This document shows, piece by piece, positions 33,308 through 45,800 of a stretch of 64,000 bases of DNA. The stretch's first letter is position 1, and each line of letters opens with the position of its first letter. The stretch lies in contig CAVQBA010000005.1 of NCBI GenBank assembly GCA_963710605.1, forward strand, positions 1 through 64,000, in the 5' to 3' direction. The position numbers and the translations under genes are program-made. The notes beneath the pieces are model-generated. The model had not been told where the DNA came from and did no database searches. It was given only the letters and a program-made list of their open reading frames with translations. The stretch is from an uncultured cyanobacterium. GTDB lineage: Bacteria > Cyanobacteriota > Cyanobacteriia > Cyanobacteriales > Cyanobacteriaceae.

Positions 33308-34222
33308 ATGTTGAGAGATAATCGTCAAAAAGTACGTCAGGTTTTGCTTATAACTTTAATACTTAATATTGTGGTATTAGCTTTAAAACTGATAGTAGGA
33401 ATTATAACTGGTTCTCTAAGTTTGCAAGCTGATGCTTTGCATAGTGTTACTGATAGTGCTAATAATATTTTAGGTTTAGTAACTAATCAACTGTCCTCTC
33501 CCGAACCAGACAAAGAACATCCTTATGGGCATCAAAAGTTTGAGGCAATTGGGGCTTTAGGTATTGCCGCTTTTTTAGGGATTGCTTGTTTTGAGATACT
33601 TTCTCATGCGATCGAGCGTATTTTTGGTGAGCCAACATCAATTACTGTTAATCCTAATGAATTATGGTTATTAGTGATTGTTTTAGGAATTAATATTTTT
33701 GTGGCTTTTTATGAGCGTCGTATTGGCACAAAGTTGGGTAGTCAAATTTTAATTGCTGATGCAACTCATACGATGAGCGATGTTTGGATTACGATCGCTG
33801 TTTTGTTCGGTTTAATTGGTATTTGGCAATCACAAATCTGGCAGATACCTCAGTTACAATCTCTTGATTTATTTTTAGCTTTTCCTGTCGCTTTTCTTGT
33901 TTTAAAAAGTGGTTGGGAAGTCTTAAAAACAAATTTACCTTGGTTAGTAGATGAAATTGCGATCGCTCCTGAGTCTATCCATCAAGTAGTCATGTCTGTA
34001 CCGGGAGTAATTAACTGTCATGATATAGCTTCAAGAGGATTAATCGGCAGACAAGTATTTATTGAAATGCACTTAATCGTTGAGAATACTGATGTTAAAA
34101 CAGCTCATGATATAACAGAAGAGGTAGAAGATAGATTAGAGGCTAAATTCTCTCCTGTAAGAGTTTTGATTCACATCGAACCAATAGAATATAGTTCAGA
34201 ACAAATATTTTTTGAAGGATAA
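33308..34222 (+). CDS. Cation diffusion facilitator family transporter
   Basis: ADALHSVTD, HPYGHQKFE, ADATHTMSD, IHIEP. Confidence 0.92.
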   Translation: MLRDNRQKVRQVLLITLILNIVVLALKLIVGIITGSLSLQADALHSVTDSANNILGLVTNQLSSPEPDKEHPYGHQKFEAIGALGIAAFLGIACFEILSHAIERIFGEPTSITVNPNELWLLVIVLGINIFVAFYERRIGTKLGSQILIADATHTMSDVWITIAVLFGLIGIWQSQIWQIPQLQSLDLFLAFPVAFLVLKSGWEVLKTNLPWLVDEIAIAPESIHQVVMSVPGVINCHDIASRGLIGRQVFIEMHLIVENTDVKTAHDITEEVEDRLEAKFSPVRVLIHIEPIEYSSEQIFFEG

Positions 34223-34384
34223 ACAATAGTTGAGAATTGAGAGTTGAGAATTGAGATGAATCCCTGCTTCGCACGTCTTCGGTGAGAATTGAGAATTACT
34301 TGATGGTCATAATAATTTTTTCGGTATTTAAAGAAAGATACGTAAAATAAAATTTGAATGTTTTCGTTTGACGATCGATCGAAA

Positions 34385-34666
34385 TTACTTTACCATAAAG
34401 ATCATCTTTTGATTGCAGACGTTTATAATTAGCGTGCCTATTTTTTCAACATCTTCTTCACTGATACCAACGATGACTATTCTTTCGTCTTGAGGTTGAA
34501 GTGGTTTTCTGGTAACAAAAGCATCATAAGCGAATAATTCGATCGGTTGTAGCAACCCTAAAAAGCGAATGAAGATAATTGTGATAGCGACAATGGGAGT
34601 GGCAATCATAACAATACGCCAACGCCAAAAAAACGATCGTATTAATGAAAATTTATTACTATCCAC
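34385..34666 (-). pseudogene. Truncated CHASE2-domain protein (N-terminal fragment)
   Basis: TM segment, then GLLQPIELFAYD and DERIVIVGISEED; stops after 93 aa. Confidence 0.7.
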
Positions 34667-34675
34667 AATTACGTA

Positions 34676-34724
34676 AGGGAATAGGGAATAGGGAATAGGG
34701 AATAGGGAATAGGGAATAGGGAAT
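34676..34724. repeat. Heptamer tandem repeat (AGGGAAT)x7, STRR-like
   Basis: Directly visible. Confidence 0.95.
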
Positions 34725-35010
34725 AGGGGATATTTTGAGTAATATAGTTAATTAAAATAAGAATGAGACAATTTAAGTATCTTTTCTTTAAGTTTAATTT
34801 ATTAAACGGTATCTATTAGCCTTGTAATTTATACCCAAGGCGGGGTTAAAATTCAAGTAGAGACAAGGCATACCTTATCTTGTACAGGGTTTTGAAACCT
34901 TAAAAATATATCAAAAATATACAATCTATTTGACATTGGTACTTACAAACTAATAGCTAACAGCTAAATGCTAAAAGCCAAAACTTAATTATTTACGATC
35001 GTTTAAATCT

Positions 35011-35418
35011 TTACTCAGTCACAAAAACAACATTATTTTCTACTTTAACTTGATATTTATCTAAATCAGTAATAGCCAAACCTTCAATCAAAGTACCATC
35101 TTGTTGAAATTTAGATTGATGACAAGGGCAAATAAACATATTTTCAGTTTTCTGCCATTCAACCAAACAACCTGCATGGGTACAAGTTGGGTTAACAGCG
35201 AGTAAGCAATCCTCTTGGGTTTGAGTGACTAAAACCTCACCAATTTCTAAATCTTCATTTAATAAAAAACCCTGAGTTTCTAACTCCTCAACTGTACCAA
35301 CCAGATAAAATTGAGCTGAGGAATCGGTTTGAGCAAAAATAGCAGATTTAGGTTTAAAAATCTTAGCTAAAAATACTCCGAAAATTCCCCAACCGATAAA
35401 ACTACGTCTTTTGATCAT
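35011..35418 (-). CDS. Small Tat-exported Rieske [2Fe-2S] protein
   Basis: KRRSFI signal; CTHAGC and CPCHQS. Confidence 0.9.
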   Translation of the reverse strand: MIKRRSFIGWGIFGVFLAKIFKPKSAIFAQTDSSAQFYLVGTVEELETQGFLLNEDLEIGEVLVTQTQEDCLLAVNPTCTHAGCLVEWQKTENMFICPCHQSKFQQDGTLIEGLAITDLDKYQVKVENNVVFVTE

Positions 35419-35433
35419 GATTATGCTAAATAC

Positions 35434-36516
35434 CTAAGAAGTCATCGCTGAGGCATTAGTTTTTGCAAAAATCATTCTTCCTGCGGAAGTTTGTAAAGCA
35501 GAAGTTACAGTAACTCGCAATTCTTTACCTACATGATCATTTGCATCCTCAACAACAACCATTGTACCATCTTCTAAATAGCCAATACCTTGAGATGCTT
35601 CTTTTCCATGCTTAAGGATTTTTAAATCAATATAATCCCCTGGTAAATAAATCGGGCGTACTGCTTGAGCTAAATCATTCACATTCAAGATGAGAATTTT
35701 TTGTAAGCTGGCGACTTTACTCAAATTAAAATCGTTAGTAATTAATGTTGCATTAATTTCGTGAGCTAGATGTAATAATCTTGCATCTACTGTTTGAATT
35801 TCTTCGTATTCAGCAGGATGAATTACTAAAGTATCGGGATATTCTTCTTGCATTTGATTCAGAATATCTAATCCTCTTCTTCCTCGTACTCTTTTTTGAT
35901 CATTTGTCGCATCAGCTAATTGTTGTAATTCGTTAAGAATAAATTGAGGGATTAAAATTTGTCCTTCAATAAATCCTGTGGCTAGAAGTTGTTGAATTCT
36001 ACCATCGATAATACAACTGGTATCAAGTATTTTAGTAGCTACAGGTGTTAATGTACCTTCTGCGACTAACATTGATTCGATACTATTAGGATTAATCAAA
36101 CGTAAAAAAGTACGTCCGTGGGTATCGGCTAAAGAAACTCCTAAAACCGTAAACATTATGCTACCTAAAATAGCAATTAACGGTTTGATGAAACTGAAGT
36201 TGTCGGGAATAGGTAAAAGAAAAATGGGGGCAAGTAACAGATTTGCTAATAACAAACCAAGTACTAAACCAATCGCTCGTGTAATAATAATTTCGATCGG
36301 TGTTTGACGAATTTGAACTTCTAAACGCCTATAAGTAGTTTGAGCAACCAAGCCACTGGCTAAACCAAGTATAGAGGCAAAACCTGCCGCTAACCATCGT
36401 AATGCCTGCATATTAGAAATTTGATCTTGAATATCTGATGGTAAGACAGAGACGATGTCAAAGCCTACTCCACCAAAAGCTAAAACAAAAATGGCAATAA
36501 TAATTATATCAATCAT
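35434..36516 (-). CDS. Membrane PIN/TRAM domain protein
   Basis: LDTSCIIDGRI, RGRRGLDIL, GYLEDGTMVVVE, QTSAGRMIFA. Confidence 0.92.
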   Translation of the reverse strand: MIDIIIIAIFVLAFGGVGFDIVSVLPSDIQDQISNMQALRWLAAGFASILGLASGLVAQTTYRRLEVQIRQTPIEIIITRAIGLVLGLLLANLLLAPIFLLPIPDNFSFIKPLIAILGSIMFTVLGVSLADTHGRTFLRLINPNSIESMLVAEGTLTPVATKILDTSCIIDGRIQQLLATGFIEGQILIPQFILNELQQLADATNDQKRVRGRRGLDILNQMQEEYPDTLVIHPAEYEEIQTVDARLLHLAHEINATLITNDFNLSKVASLQKILILNVNDLAQAVRPIYLPGDYIDLKILKHGKEASQGIGYLEDGTMVVVEDANDHVGKELRVTVTSALQTSAGRMIFAKTNASAMTS

Positions 36517-37181
36517 AAAAATCAGATCCTCAATTTAGTAGGATTGTGAGATAACTTATTATATTATTTATCTCATGATTAATTTGTTAACTAAAGTTAA
36601 CCTATAATCTATTCTAGACAATTGACAATTAATTGTTTACTTAAACAGTATCGAATCAAATTTAAAATATTGGCTAAGTACATATAAACAAAGGTTTGGC
36701 GAAATTTTTATTTAATGATTGTTAGTTAAACTTATGTGTAGTTGATTAAGTTAAAATTATCAATAGTCGGATCATAATTAACTATTAATAATCAATAATA
36801 GTCATTAACAAAACTTATATTTTCTCTTTGTTTTAATCTCATTAAAGTAAAGTATAATTCTGCCGTTTTTTCTAGCCTTAAATATTTTTATTAAAGATAG
36901 TAATTTTCTTTTCTTTCTTTGAGACAGTAATTTTTTGATTGTATTGATTAACTATTTTGACATGAAGTAAATGTTAAAACGTTATGGTTGGCTATAATTA
37001 AATATATTTGGTTCATTGGGTTGTCATCTTATTTATTGTGATTTTAGATGACAATAAATTGCCCAGTTACGATCGAGTGCTTGCCGACGTATCCTGCGAT
37101 CGTAATCAATTTATTTATAACTCTACTGATTCAGACTTTCAATATTAAAATATTTTCTGAGAATTTTTCCAATTTTAAATT

Positions 37182-38171
37182 ATGGATTTAGTTAATTTAC
37201 AAAGTACTTTAGATAATATTTCTTTTGCCGTACTTTTTATCACTATGCTTTGCTATTGGGTAAGTACTGCTTTTCCCAATTTAACTGTCTTAGCTAAATT
37301 AGGTACGACAGGTTTTATCATTGCTAATTTATCAATAGGCTCATTACTAATTGCTCGTTGGATAGAAGGAGGTTATTTCCCGATTAGTAATCTTTATGAA
37401 TCTTTATTTTTCCTCACTTGGGGTATAACAGCAGTTCATTTAATCGCCGAAAACATGACAGGTAGTCGGTTAGTTGGTGTTGTTACCAGCCCCATTGCTA
37501 TGGGTATTACTGCATTTGCGGCCTTATCTTTACCCGTAGATATGCGATATAGCGAACCATTAGTACCTGCTTTAAAATCTAATTGGTTAATGATGCACGT
37601 TAGCGTCATGATGTTTAGTTATTCAGCTTTAATGGTTGGTTCTTTAGTAGCGATCGCTTTTTTGGTTATGACTCAAGGTAAAGAAGTTCAACTCAGAGGT
37701 AGCTCAGTTGGCACAGGAGCGTACCGTAACGTTAAAAACCTTAAATTCAATTACGAAAAAGAAAGTATTCCTCAGGTAGCAAATAACGGTAATACAGCAG
37801 TTTTAACACAACCTGAGGTAGAAGAAGTAGTTACTTTGTCTCCTGAACGTTTAAATTTGGTTGATACCCTTGATAACATTAGTTATCGGATTATCGGTTT
37901 AGGTTTTCCTTTACTAACGATCGGGATTATTTCTGGTGGTGTTTGGGCAAACGAAGCATGGGGTTCGTATTGGAGTTGGGACCCTAAAGAAACATGGGCA
38001 TTTATTACTTGGTTAGTATTCGCCGCCTATTTACACGCTCGGATTACAAAAGATTGGCAAGGAAGAAAACCCGCTTTTATTGCCGCCGCTGGTTTTGTCG
38101 TCGTTTGGGTTTGTTATTTAGGAGTCAACTTATTAGGTAAAGGTTTACATTCTTACGGTTGGTTTTTCTAA
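37182..38171 (+). CDS. ccsA: Cytochrome c biogenesis protein (system II; CcsA, also annotated CcsB)
   Basis: [33 protein letters not shown]. Confidence 0.96.
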   Translation: MDLVNLQSTLDNISFAVLFITMLCYWVSTAFPNLTVLAKLGTTGFIIANLSIGSLLIARWIEGGYFPISNLYESLFFLTWGITAVHLIAENMTGSRLVGVVTSPIAMGITAFAALSLPVDMRYSEPLVPALKSNWLMMHVSVMMFSYSALMVGSLVAIAFLVMTQGKEVQLRGSSVGTGAYRNVKNLKFNYEKESIPQVANNGNTAVLTQPEVEEVVTLSPERLNLVDTLDNISYRIIGLGFPLLTIGIISGGVWANEAWGSYWSWDPKETWAFITWLVFAAYLHARITKDWQGRKPAFIAAAGFVVVWVCYLGVNLLGKGLHSYGWFF

Positions 38172-38340
38172 CAATTAAAAGTAATAGAAAATGACCAATA
38201 TATACTGTAGAGACGTTGCAGTGCAACGTCTTTTTATTTAATATCTAAGTAAAAAAGCGATCGTATTTGCTTTAAATCTAGCTTGCCTAACATTTAAAAT
38301 TTAAAACCTAAAACCTAACACTTAACATTTAATTATTACC

Positions 38341-39030
38341 GTGCAATTTGATGTAATCACCCTATTTCCTGAATTTTTCAGTTCACCTTTAAGCTGTAGT
38401 TTGCTGGGTAAAGCAATATCGAAAGGAATTGCTCAAGTTAATTTAATTAATCCGAGAGATTTTGCTAATAATAAACATCGTCAGGTAGATGATGAGCCTT
38501 ATGGCGGTGGTGCAGGTATGGTATTAAAAGCTGAACCAATTATTACTGCTGTAGAATCAGTAGCTAATCTTCAACCACGAGAAGTTATTTTACTTACTCC
38601 TCAAGGAGAAAAACTAACTCAAAGCTTATTAAAACAATTCGCAACTAACTATCAACAATTGGTTTTAATTTGTGGACATTACGAAGGAATTGACGAACGA
38701 GTCCAGAATATTGTCACTAAAGAAGTTTCTCTCGGTGATTTTGTTTTAACTTGTGGTGAAATACCTGCTTTAACTTTAATCAACGGTGTGGTTAGACTTA
38801 TACCCGGTACTGTCCGTAACGCTCAATCTTTATATGCTGATAGCTTTGAAGATGGTTTACTTGATTATCCTCATTATACTCGTCCTCGTGTTTTCCGTGA
38901 TTTAGAAGTACCGCCTGTTTTACTTTCAGGAAATCACGCTCATATTGCCAAATGGCGTTATGAACAACAATTGGCAATAACTGCCCAAAAACGCCCCGAT
39001 ATGATCGAAAAATATAATCAGGAAAATTAA
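38341..39030 (+). CDS. trmD: tRNA (guanine37-N1)-methyltransferase
   Basis: VDDEPYGGGAGM, CGHYEGIDER, DYPHYTRP. Confidence 0.96.
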   Translation: MQFDVITLFPEFFSSPLSCSLLGKAISKGIAQVNLINPRDFANNKHRQVDDEPYGGGAGMVLKAEPIITAVESVANLQPREVILLTPQGEKLTQSLLKQFATNYQQLVLICGHYEGIDERVQNIVTKEVSLGDFVLTCGEIPALTLINGVVRLIPGTVRNAQSLYADSFEDGLLDYPHYTRPRVFRDLEVPPVLLSGNHAHIAKWRYEQQLAITAQKRPDMIEKYNQEN

Positions 39031-39118
39031 TAATTAAGTTCACTTGTTTTAAGTACTTTTATTTATTACTTATTACTTATTGCTTCTTACTTGCCTTTTA
39101 CCTTTTGCATGAGTGCCT

Positions 39119-39174
39119 ATTCCCGATTCCCGATTCCCCATTCCCGATTCCCCATTCCCTATTCCCCATTCCCT
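39119..39174. repeat. Heptamer tandem repeat (ATTCCCN)x8 overlapping the thiS 3' end
   Basis: Directly visible; two units lie inside the ORF. Confidence 0.92.
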
Positions 39175-39383
39175 CCGCCGACGATGGTAACCACTTCAAG
39201 GCGATCGTTATTCTCAATAATCGTTTCTTGCCAATATTGACGATGTAAGATTTCTCCGTTATATTCAAGAGCGATTAAACGAGGATTAAAATTTAATTGT
39301 TGCAGTAGTTTAGGTAAAGAAATAGATGGAGGACAATTATGAGATTCCCCGTTAACAGTAATCTGAATTTGAGTTGCAGTCAT
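39159..39383 (-). CDS. thiS: Thiamine biosynthesis sulfur carrier
   Basis: ITVNGE, ALEYNGEI, DRLEVVTIVGGG. Confidence 0.92.
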   Translation of the reverse strand: MTATQIQITVNGESHNCPPSISLPKLLQQLNFNPRLIALEYNGEILHRQYWQETIIENNDRLEVVTIVGGGNGE

Positions 39384-39943
39384 AAAAAATAATTATTACT
39401 TATTTTGATATTTAGATTGTGTATCGATCGTTCAATTCAAAAGTTGTACCTACACTTCAAAGTTTTTATTTATTAGTAGATTTATCTTAAAATATCACAT
39501 CACCAGTCATTATTCGTACATTTATATTGTTGGTATTAAATATAAAATCAAACTTTTTAGATTTACATTTGCTTAAAAATTTTGCCCATATTATACTTAA
39601 TCTTAACATCGGGAAAAGTTTATGTTTTATTAATTTTTGAATTATAACGCTGTAATAGATGTACTTACAGACTCATTTAAGTATAGTTAATAACTTTAGT
39701 TCGGAAAAAAACTGAGAAAAGTGTGACAATTTGTTAAAAAATCTGTTAAAAATATAGAAGGTGGATAAAACAACAGTTCAATCCTCGCTTTAACTAGGGT
39801 TAGAATAACAACTAACTCATGCTATATTAAGAAAAGTTAATTGTTAACAACTAATTGTTGCTTAATGGCAGTTCAGTCTCCAATAATAAAATAAAGAGAC
39901 TTAAAAAAAGTAAAATTTGACAAGTTAAAATTAAAGAAACATT

Positions 39944-41002
39944 ATGACCATTGCAGTCGGACGTGCTCCGTCAGAAAGAGGTTTATTTGATGCTCTTGAT
40001 GACTGGCTCAAAAGAGACAGGTTTGTCTTTGTTGGTTGGTCTGGAATCTTATTATTCCCTTGTGCTTACTTAGCATTAGGTGGTTGGTTAACAGGTACTA
40101 CCTTCGTAACCTCATGGTACACTCATGGTTTAGCTAGTTCTTACTTAGAAGGTGCTAACTTTTTAACTGTAGCAGTATCAAGCCCTGCTAACGTATTCGG
40201 TCACTCCTTATTATTTTTATGGGGTCCTGAAGCACAAGGTGATTTAACTCGCTGGTTTCAAATCGGTGGTTTATGGACATTTGTCGCACTTCATGGTGCT
40301 TTTGCCTTAATCGGCTTCATGTTGCGTCAATTTGAGATTTCTCGTTTAGTCGGGATTCGTCCTTATAATGCGATCGCTTTCTCAGCTCCTATCGCTGTAT
40401 TTGTCAGTGTTTTCTTGATGTATCCTTTAGGACAATCAAGCTGGTTTTTTGCTCCTTCATTTGGAGTAGCAGGAATCTTCCGTTTCATCCTCTTTTTACA
40501 AGGTTTCCATAACTGGACACTAAATCCTTTCCATATGATGGGAGTAGCAGGAGTATTAGGTGGTGCATTATTATGTGCAATTCACGGTGCAACCGTAGAA
40601 AACACCTTATTCCAAGATGGTGAACAGGCAAACACATTCCGTGCGTTTGAACCAACACAAGCAGAAGAAACTTATTCAATGGTAACTGCTAACCGTTTCT
40701 GGTCTCAGATATTCGGTATTGCTTTCTCTAACAAACGTTGGTTACACTTCTTTATGTTGTTTGTACCCGTAACAGGTTTGTGGATGAGTGCGATCGGTAT
40801 CGTCGGTTTAGCATTTAACTTAAGAGCATATGATTTTGTATCTCAAGAGTTAAGAGCGGCAGAAGATCCAGAATTTGAAACATTTTATACTAAAAACATC
40901 CTATTAAACGAAGGGTTGCGTGCATGGATGGCACCACAAGATCAACCCCATCAAAAATTTGAATTCCCTGAGGAGGTACTTCCACGTGGTAACGCTCTCT
41001 AA
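39944..41002 (+). CDS. psbD: Photosystem II D2 protein
   Basis: [16 protein letters not shown] to [10 protein letters not shown]. Confidence 0.99.
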   Translation: MTIAVGRAPSERGLFDALDDWLKRDRFVFVGWSGILLFPCAYLALGGWLTGTTFVTSWYTHGLASSYLEGANFLTVAVSSPANVFGHSLLFLWGPEAQGDLTRWFQIGGLWTFVALHGAFALIGFMLRQFEISRLVGIRPYNAIAFSAPIAVFVSVFLMYPLGQSSWFFAPSFGVAGIFRFILFLQGFHNWTLNPFHMMGVAGVLGGALLCAIHGATVENTLFQDGEQANTFRAFEPTQAEETYSMVTANRFWSQIFGIAFSNKRWLHFFMLFVPVTGLWMSAIGIVGLAFNLRAYDFVSQELRAAEDPEFETFYTKNILLNEGLRAWMAPQDQPHQKFEFPEEVLPRGNAL

Positions 41003-42353
41003 TACAGGCGGTCGTGACCTACCATCTACCGGTTTTGCTTGGTGGTCTGGTAATGCTAGACTTATCAACTTATCTGGTAAATTGTTGGGTGCTCACGTCG
41101 CTCACGCAGGTTTAATTGTCTTCTGGGCAGGAGCAATGACCTTATTTGAAACAGCCCACTTCATCCCTGAAAAACCCATGTACGAACAAGGGTTGATTCT
41201 TTTACCTCACATTGCAACCTTAGGTTGGGGTGTAGGTGCAGGTGGTGAAATAGTAGATACATTTCCTTTCTTCGTCGCTGGTGTACTTCACTTAATTTCT
41301 TCGGCGGTTTTAGGATTCGGTGGACTTTATCACGCTTTGCGTGGCCCTGATACTTTAGAATCTGATTTCTTTGGTTACGATTGGAAAGACAAAGACCAAA
41401 TGACCAACATTATTGGTTATCACCTAATTCTTTTAGGTTGTGGTGCTTTATTACTCGTATTCAAAGCGATGTTCTTTGGTGGTGTCTATGATACATGGGC
41501 TCCTGGTGGTGGAGATGTCAGACTCATTACCAACCCAACTTTAAACCCTTCAGTTATCTTTGGTTATTTACTTAAAGCACCATTTGGTGGAGAAGGTTGG
41601 TTTCTTAGTGTTAATAACATGGAAGATATCATCGGCGGTCACATTTGGGTTGGCTTAATTTGTATCGCAGGTGGTGTGTACCACATTCTAACCAAGCCTT
41701 TTGGTTGGGTTCGTCGTGCATTCATTTGGTCTGGTGAAGCTTATCTTTCTTATAGTTTAGGTGCTTTATCCTTAATGGGATTCATCGCTTCTACTATGGT
41801 TTGGTACAACAACACCGCTTATCCTAGTGAATTCTTTGGCCCTACAGGTGCAGAAGCATCTCAAGCACAAGCATTAACTTATTTAATCCGTGACCAACGC
41901 TTAGGTGCTAATGTAGGTTCTGCACAAGGTCCTACAGGTTTGGGTAAATACTTAATGCGTTCTCCTACCGGTGAAATCATCTTTGGTGGAGAAACCATGC
42001 GTTTTTGGGATTTCCGTGGTCCTTGGTTAGAGCCTTTACGTGGACCTAACGGTTTAGACTTAGACAAAGTAAGAAACGATATTCAACCTTGGCAAGTACG
42101 TCGTGCGGCTGAATACATGACTCACGCTCCTTTAGGTTCATTGAACTCTGTAGGTGGCGTTATTACTGACGTAAACTCCTTTAACTATGTATCTCCTCGT
42201 GCATGGTTAGCAACTTCTCACTTCGTATTAGGCTTCTTCTTCTTAATCGGTCATTTATGGCATGCAGGAAGAGCTCGTGCGGCAGCGGGTGGTTTTGAAA
42301 AAGGTATTGAGCGTGAAACAGAGCCAGTATTAGCAATGCCAGATTTAGACTAA
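40986..42353 (+). CDS. psbC: Photosystem II CP43 protein (GTG start overlapping psbD)
   Basis: [25 protein letters not shown]; typical GTG GTA ACG start. Confidence 0.98.
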   Translation: MVTLSNTGGRDLPSTGFAWWSGNARLINLSGKLLGAHVAHAGLIVFWAGAMTLFETAHFIPEKPMYEQGLILLPHIATLGWGVGAGGEIVDTFPFFVAGVLHLISSAVLGFGGLYHALRGPDTLESDFFGYDWKDKDQMTNIIGYHLILLGCGALLLVFKAMFFGGVYDTWAPGGGDVRLITNPTLNPSVIFGYLLKAPFGGEGWFLSVNNMEDIIGGHIWVGLICIAGGVYHILTKPFGWVRRAFIWSGEAYLSYSLGALSLMGFIASTMVWYNNTAYPSEFFGPTGAEASQAQALTYLIRDQRLGANVGSAQGPTGLGKYLMRSPTGEIIFGGETMRFWDFRGPWLEPLRGPNGLDLDKVRNDIQPWQVRRAAEYMTHAPLGSLNSVGGVITDVNSFNYVSPRAWLATSHFVLGFFFLIGHLWHAGRARAAAGGFEKGIERETEPVLAMPDLD

Positions 42354-42406
42354 TTTTAATTTAGTTTTTTACTAGTTGAAATCTTAATCTTAATCGGATA
42401 GAAAAG

Positions 42407-42438
42407 AGTCTCTACTTAAATGTAGGGGCTTTTTTTTT
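42407..42438 (+). terminator. Intrinsic terminator after psbC
   Basis: AGTCTCTAC-loop-GTAGGGGCT followed by a T tract. Confidence 0.75.
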
Positions 42439-42817
42439 GGATATGTAAACCACCCCTAACCCACGGGGCGTTGACAAGCATCTGAAATAAATTCAGATAA
42501 GGTGCCCCTCCTCCTTTAAAGCGGGGGGAAATCTATTTAACTGTTCAAAACAACTTGTTTACTGCTATGTTGACGCTTTGGACAAACACTTATAAATAAA
42601 GTTTGTAGTAATGACTTTAGTCATTGAATTATTAAGAATTAAAATAAAGTTACCATAAATTTTTTCGCTCAATACACGATAGTCAAGATTTTATTATAAG
42701 TAATTAAACGAACCGTTATATTATTTACAGTTAGTAAAATTAAAGATAATCAAGTTAAAGCAGACTATAAATAGTATTTAATAGTTAAATAAGTAAAAAA
42801 GTTGTTGTATGTAGAAG

Positions 42818-45800
42818 ATGAAGAAATATTTGTTTGTTTTGTTGATGATATTTGGAATTTGTCTGACTAATTTACTACCTATTTTTGGTCAAACTATATC
42901 TACAGATAATATTGTTCAGCCTGTTATCTTAACAAATGAGGTGGAAGAATATAATTTAGCTTTTAATTTAGAATACTTAGAAGATAAAAACAAAACATTA
43001 ACGATCGATAATATCACTTCTAATCAATCATCCTCAAAATTTATTCCCAATCAAAAATATGTCCCTAATTTAGGTGTAACTAATTCAGCTATATGGGTTC
43101 GTTTTACTGTAACTAATAATAATAGTTCAAGGCAAAAATGGCAATTAATTTTAAAAGATTCTCGTGTAGGAGAAATTGAAGTTTATATTCCTCAAAAAAA
43201 CAATCAAAATTTTACAATCAAAAAAACTGGTAGATATTTGCCTTTTAAGACTAGAGAGTATAATCATCGTTATTTTATCTTTGATTTACCTTTAGATTAT
43301 CAAGAAGAAAAAACTGTTTATTTAAGATTATATTCTCGATCGATTATGATTTTTCCTTTAATAATTACTACTCTAGATAATTTTTTATTAGGAGATCAAA
43401 TCAATCTTTTTTTGTTAGGAATGGCTCTGGGAATTTTTTTGATAGTTAGTCTTTATACTCTTTCTTTATCTATTGTTTTAAAAGAGCAAGATTATTTTGA
43501 CTATACATTACTAAATTTTATGACTTTGATGCACAAAACTTGTATCATCGGTTTTTATCAACAATATTTATTTCCTAATTCAACTAACGAATTTGAATTA
43601 CAAATTATATCAGCTTATCTAATTTTGTTAGCTCTAATAAAATTCACTAATAGTTTTTTAGAATTAAGACAAAGTAACAAACTTATTTATCGTGTAAATT
43701 CGTTTCTCATCATAATTTGTATTGTTTGTTTTATTTTAGGATTTACTATTTTTAATGATTATATTAGTATAATTATTTCGTTTTTATCTATCATTGTTTG
43801 CGGATTTGTATTATTGATTAGTCTGATTAAATTAAAACAGAAATACCTTCCTGCTAGATATTTTTTCTTAGGAATGCTTGCCCCTTTAATCGTAATAACT
43901 CTATTTAATCTAAGCATTTTACAAATTTATGAAAACAACATTTTAGCTTTAAGAGGTTATCCGATTGTTAAAATTATTTCAATGTGTTTATTTAGTTTTG
44001 CTTTAGGAGATAAAATTAAAATTATTAAAAATGAAAAACAAAAAGCGGAACAAGAAATATTAAAAAATACGCAGTTATATCAACAATCGATCGAAGAAAA
44101 AAATATTATTCTTGAGCAAAGTAAAAATCAATTGAATCAAATACTAGAATCTTTACCCGTTGCTGTTGTCGTTCATAATTTAGATGGCACGATTAAATAT
44201 ATGAATCAAACTAGTCAAAAGCTGTTAAATAAACCGATTAATCCTAATCTAAAAGCACAAAATTTATCCTATGAATATAACGTTTATATTGCGGGGACAA
44301 ATCAAATTTATCCGACATCAGATTTGCCATCAAACAAAGCATTAAAAGGAGAAAAAATTATTGTTGATAATATAGAAATTCATCGAGAAAATGATCTAAT
44401 TACCTTAGAAGTAAATGCAACTCCTATTTATAACAAAAAAAAACAAATTCAAAGTGCGATCGCTGTATTTCAAGATATTACCAAAAGAAAAGAAGCCAAA
44501 CAATTACTACAAGAATATAACCAAAAATTAACGAATGAAGTTAATAAAAGAACAGAGGAATTAGCTATTGCTAAAGAAAAAGCTGAAATAGCTAATAAAG
44601 CTAAAAGTGTTTTTTTAGCTAATATTAATCATGAATTACGAACTCCTCTTAATGCTATTTTAGGTTTTACTCAAATAATGCTCCGCTCTTCTGAATTAAT
44701 TGAGCCTGAAAAAGAATATGTCAAAATTATTAATCGTAGCGGTGATTATTTACTTAAATTAATTAATAATGTTCTCGATTTAGCCAAAATAGAAGCAGGA
44801 AAAACAACCCTCAATAACCAACCAATTAGTCTCAAAAGGCTTTTAATGGAAGTGAAAGACTTTTTTGCTCTTAAAGTCCAAGAAAAAGGTTTAGAATTTA
44901 ATTTAGAACTATCTGACGATATTCCTCAGTATATTGAGATAGATGGAATTAAGCTACGCCAGATATTGATTAATTTATTAGGTAATGCGGTTAAATTTAC
45001 TAATGAAGGTAAAATCGGCTTAAAAGTAACAGCTAACCAATCAAACTTAGAAAGTGAAAAAATAATTTTAATTTTTGAAGTTGCCGATACCGGGTTTGGT
45101 ATAGCAGAAGATGAATTAGACATAATATACGAACCTTTCACACAAGCAACAGCAGGTAAATATCATCAAAAAAGCACGGGATTAGGATTAGCAATTAGCC
45201 GTCAATATATTCAATTAATGGGAGGAGACATTAGTGTTACGAGTAAAATCGATCGAGGTACAACTTTTATTTTTAATTTACCTAGTAAGCAAGCATTACA
45301 ATCGATTGAAGAAGAATATAAACCTTCTTTATCAGTAAAAGGTTTAGCTGAAAGTCGATACAAGTATAAAATATTAATTGTTGACGATCGATTATTTAAT
45401 TCTCAGCTAATAGTTAGTTTACTTGAGCCGATCGGCTTTGAACTTAAAACTACGGAAAATAGTAAAAAAGCATTACAAATATTCTCCTCATGGCAACCTC
45501 ATTTGATTTTTGTCGATATAAGATTGCCAATTTTAGAACAATTAGAAATATTTAATTCACAATTTCAATCTTCTAATAAATACCACCGTGCAGTAATTAT
45601 TGCGATGACTCGTGATGTTTTATGGCAAAAGCAAGAGTATATTTTCCAATCAAAATGTGACGATGTTTTGTGTCAGCCAATAACCGAAGACAAAATATTT
45701 ACAGTAATAAAAAAACATCTGGGTGTTGAATATATCTATGAAACAGTTTCTGAATCTGAAAACGTCTTACTGATAAAAAAAGAATTTCCCGAACAAATGT

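Noticed and set aside
40920-40985. N-terminal extension of psbC given by the ORF track
   Set aside because: It lies inside psbD; the typical cyanobacterial start is the GTG at 40986.
42450-42533. Possible riboswitch or tRNA downstream of psbC
   Set aside because: No recognisable TPP, cobalamin or tRNA consensus; it looks like degenerate pieces of the dispersed hairpin repeats.
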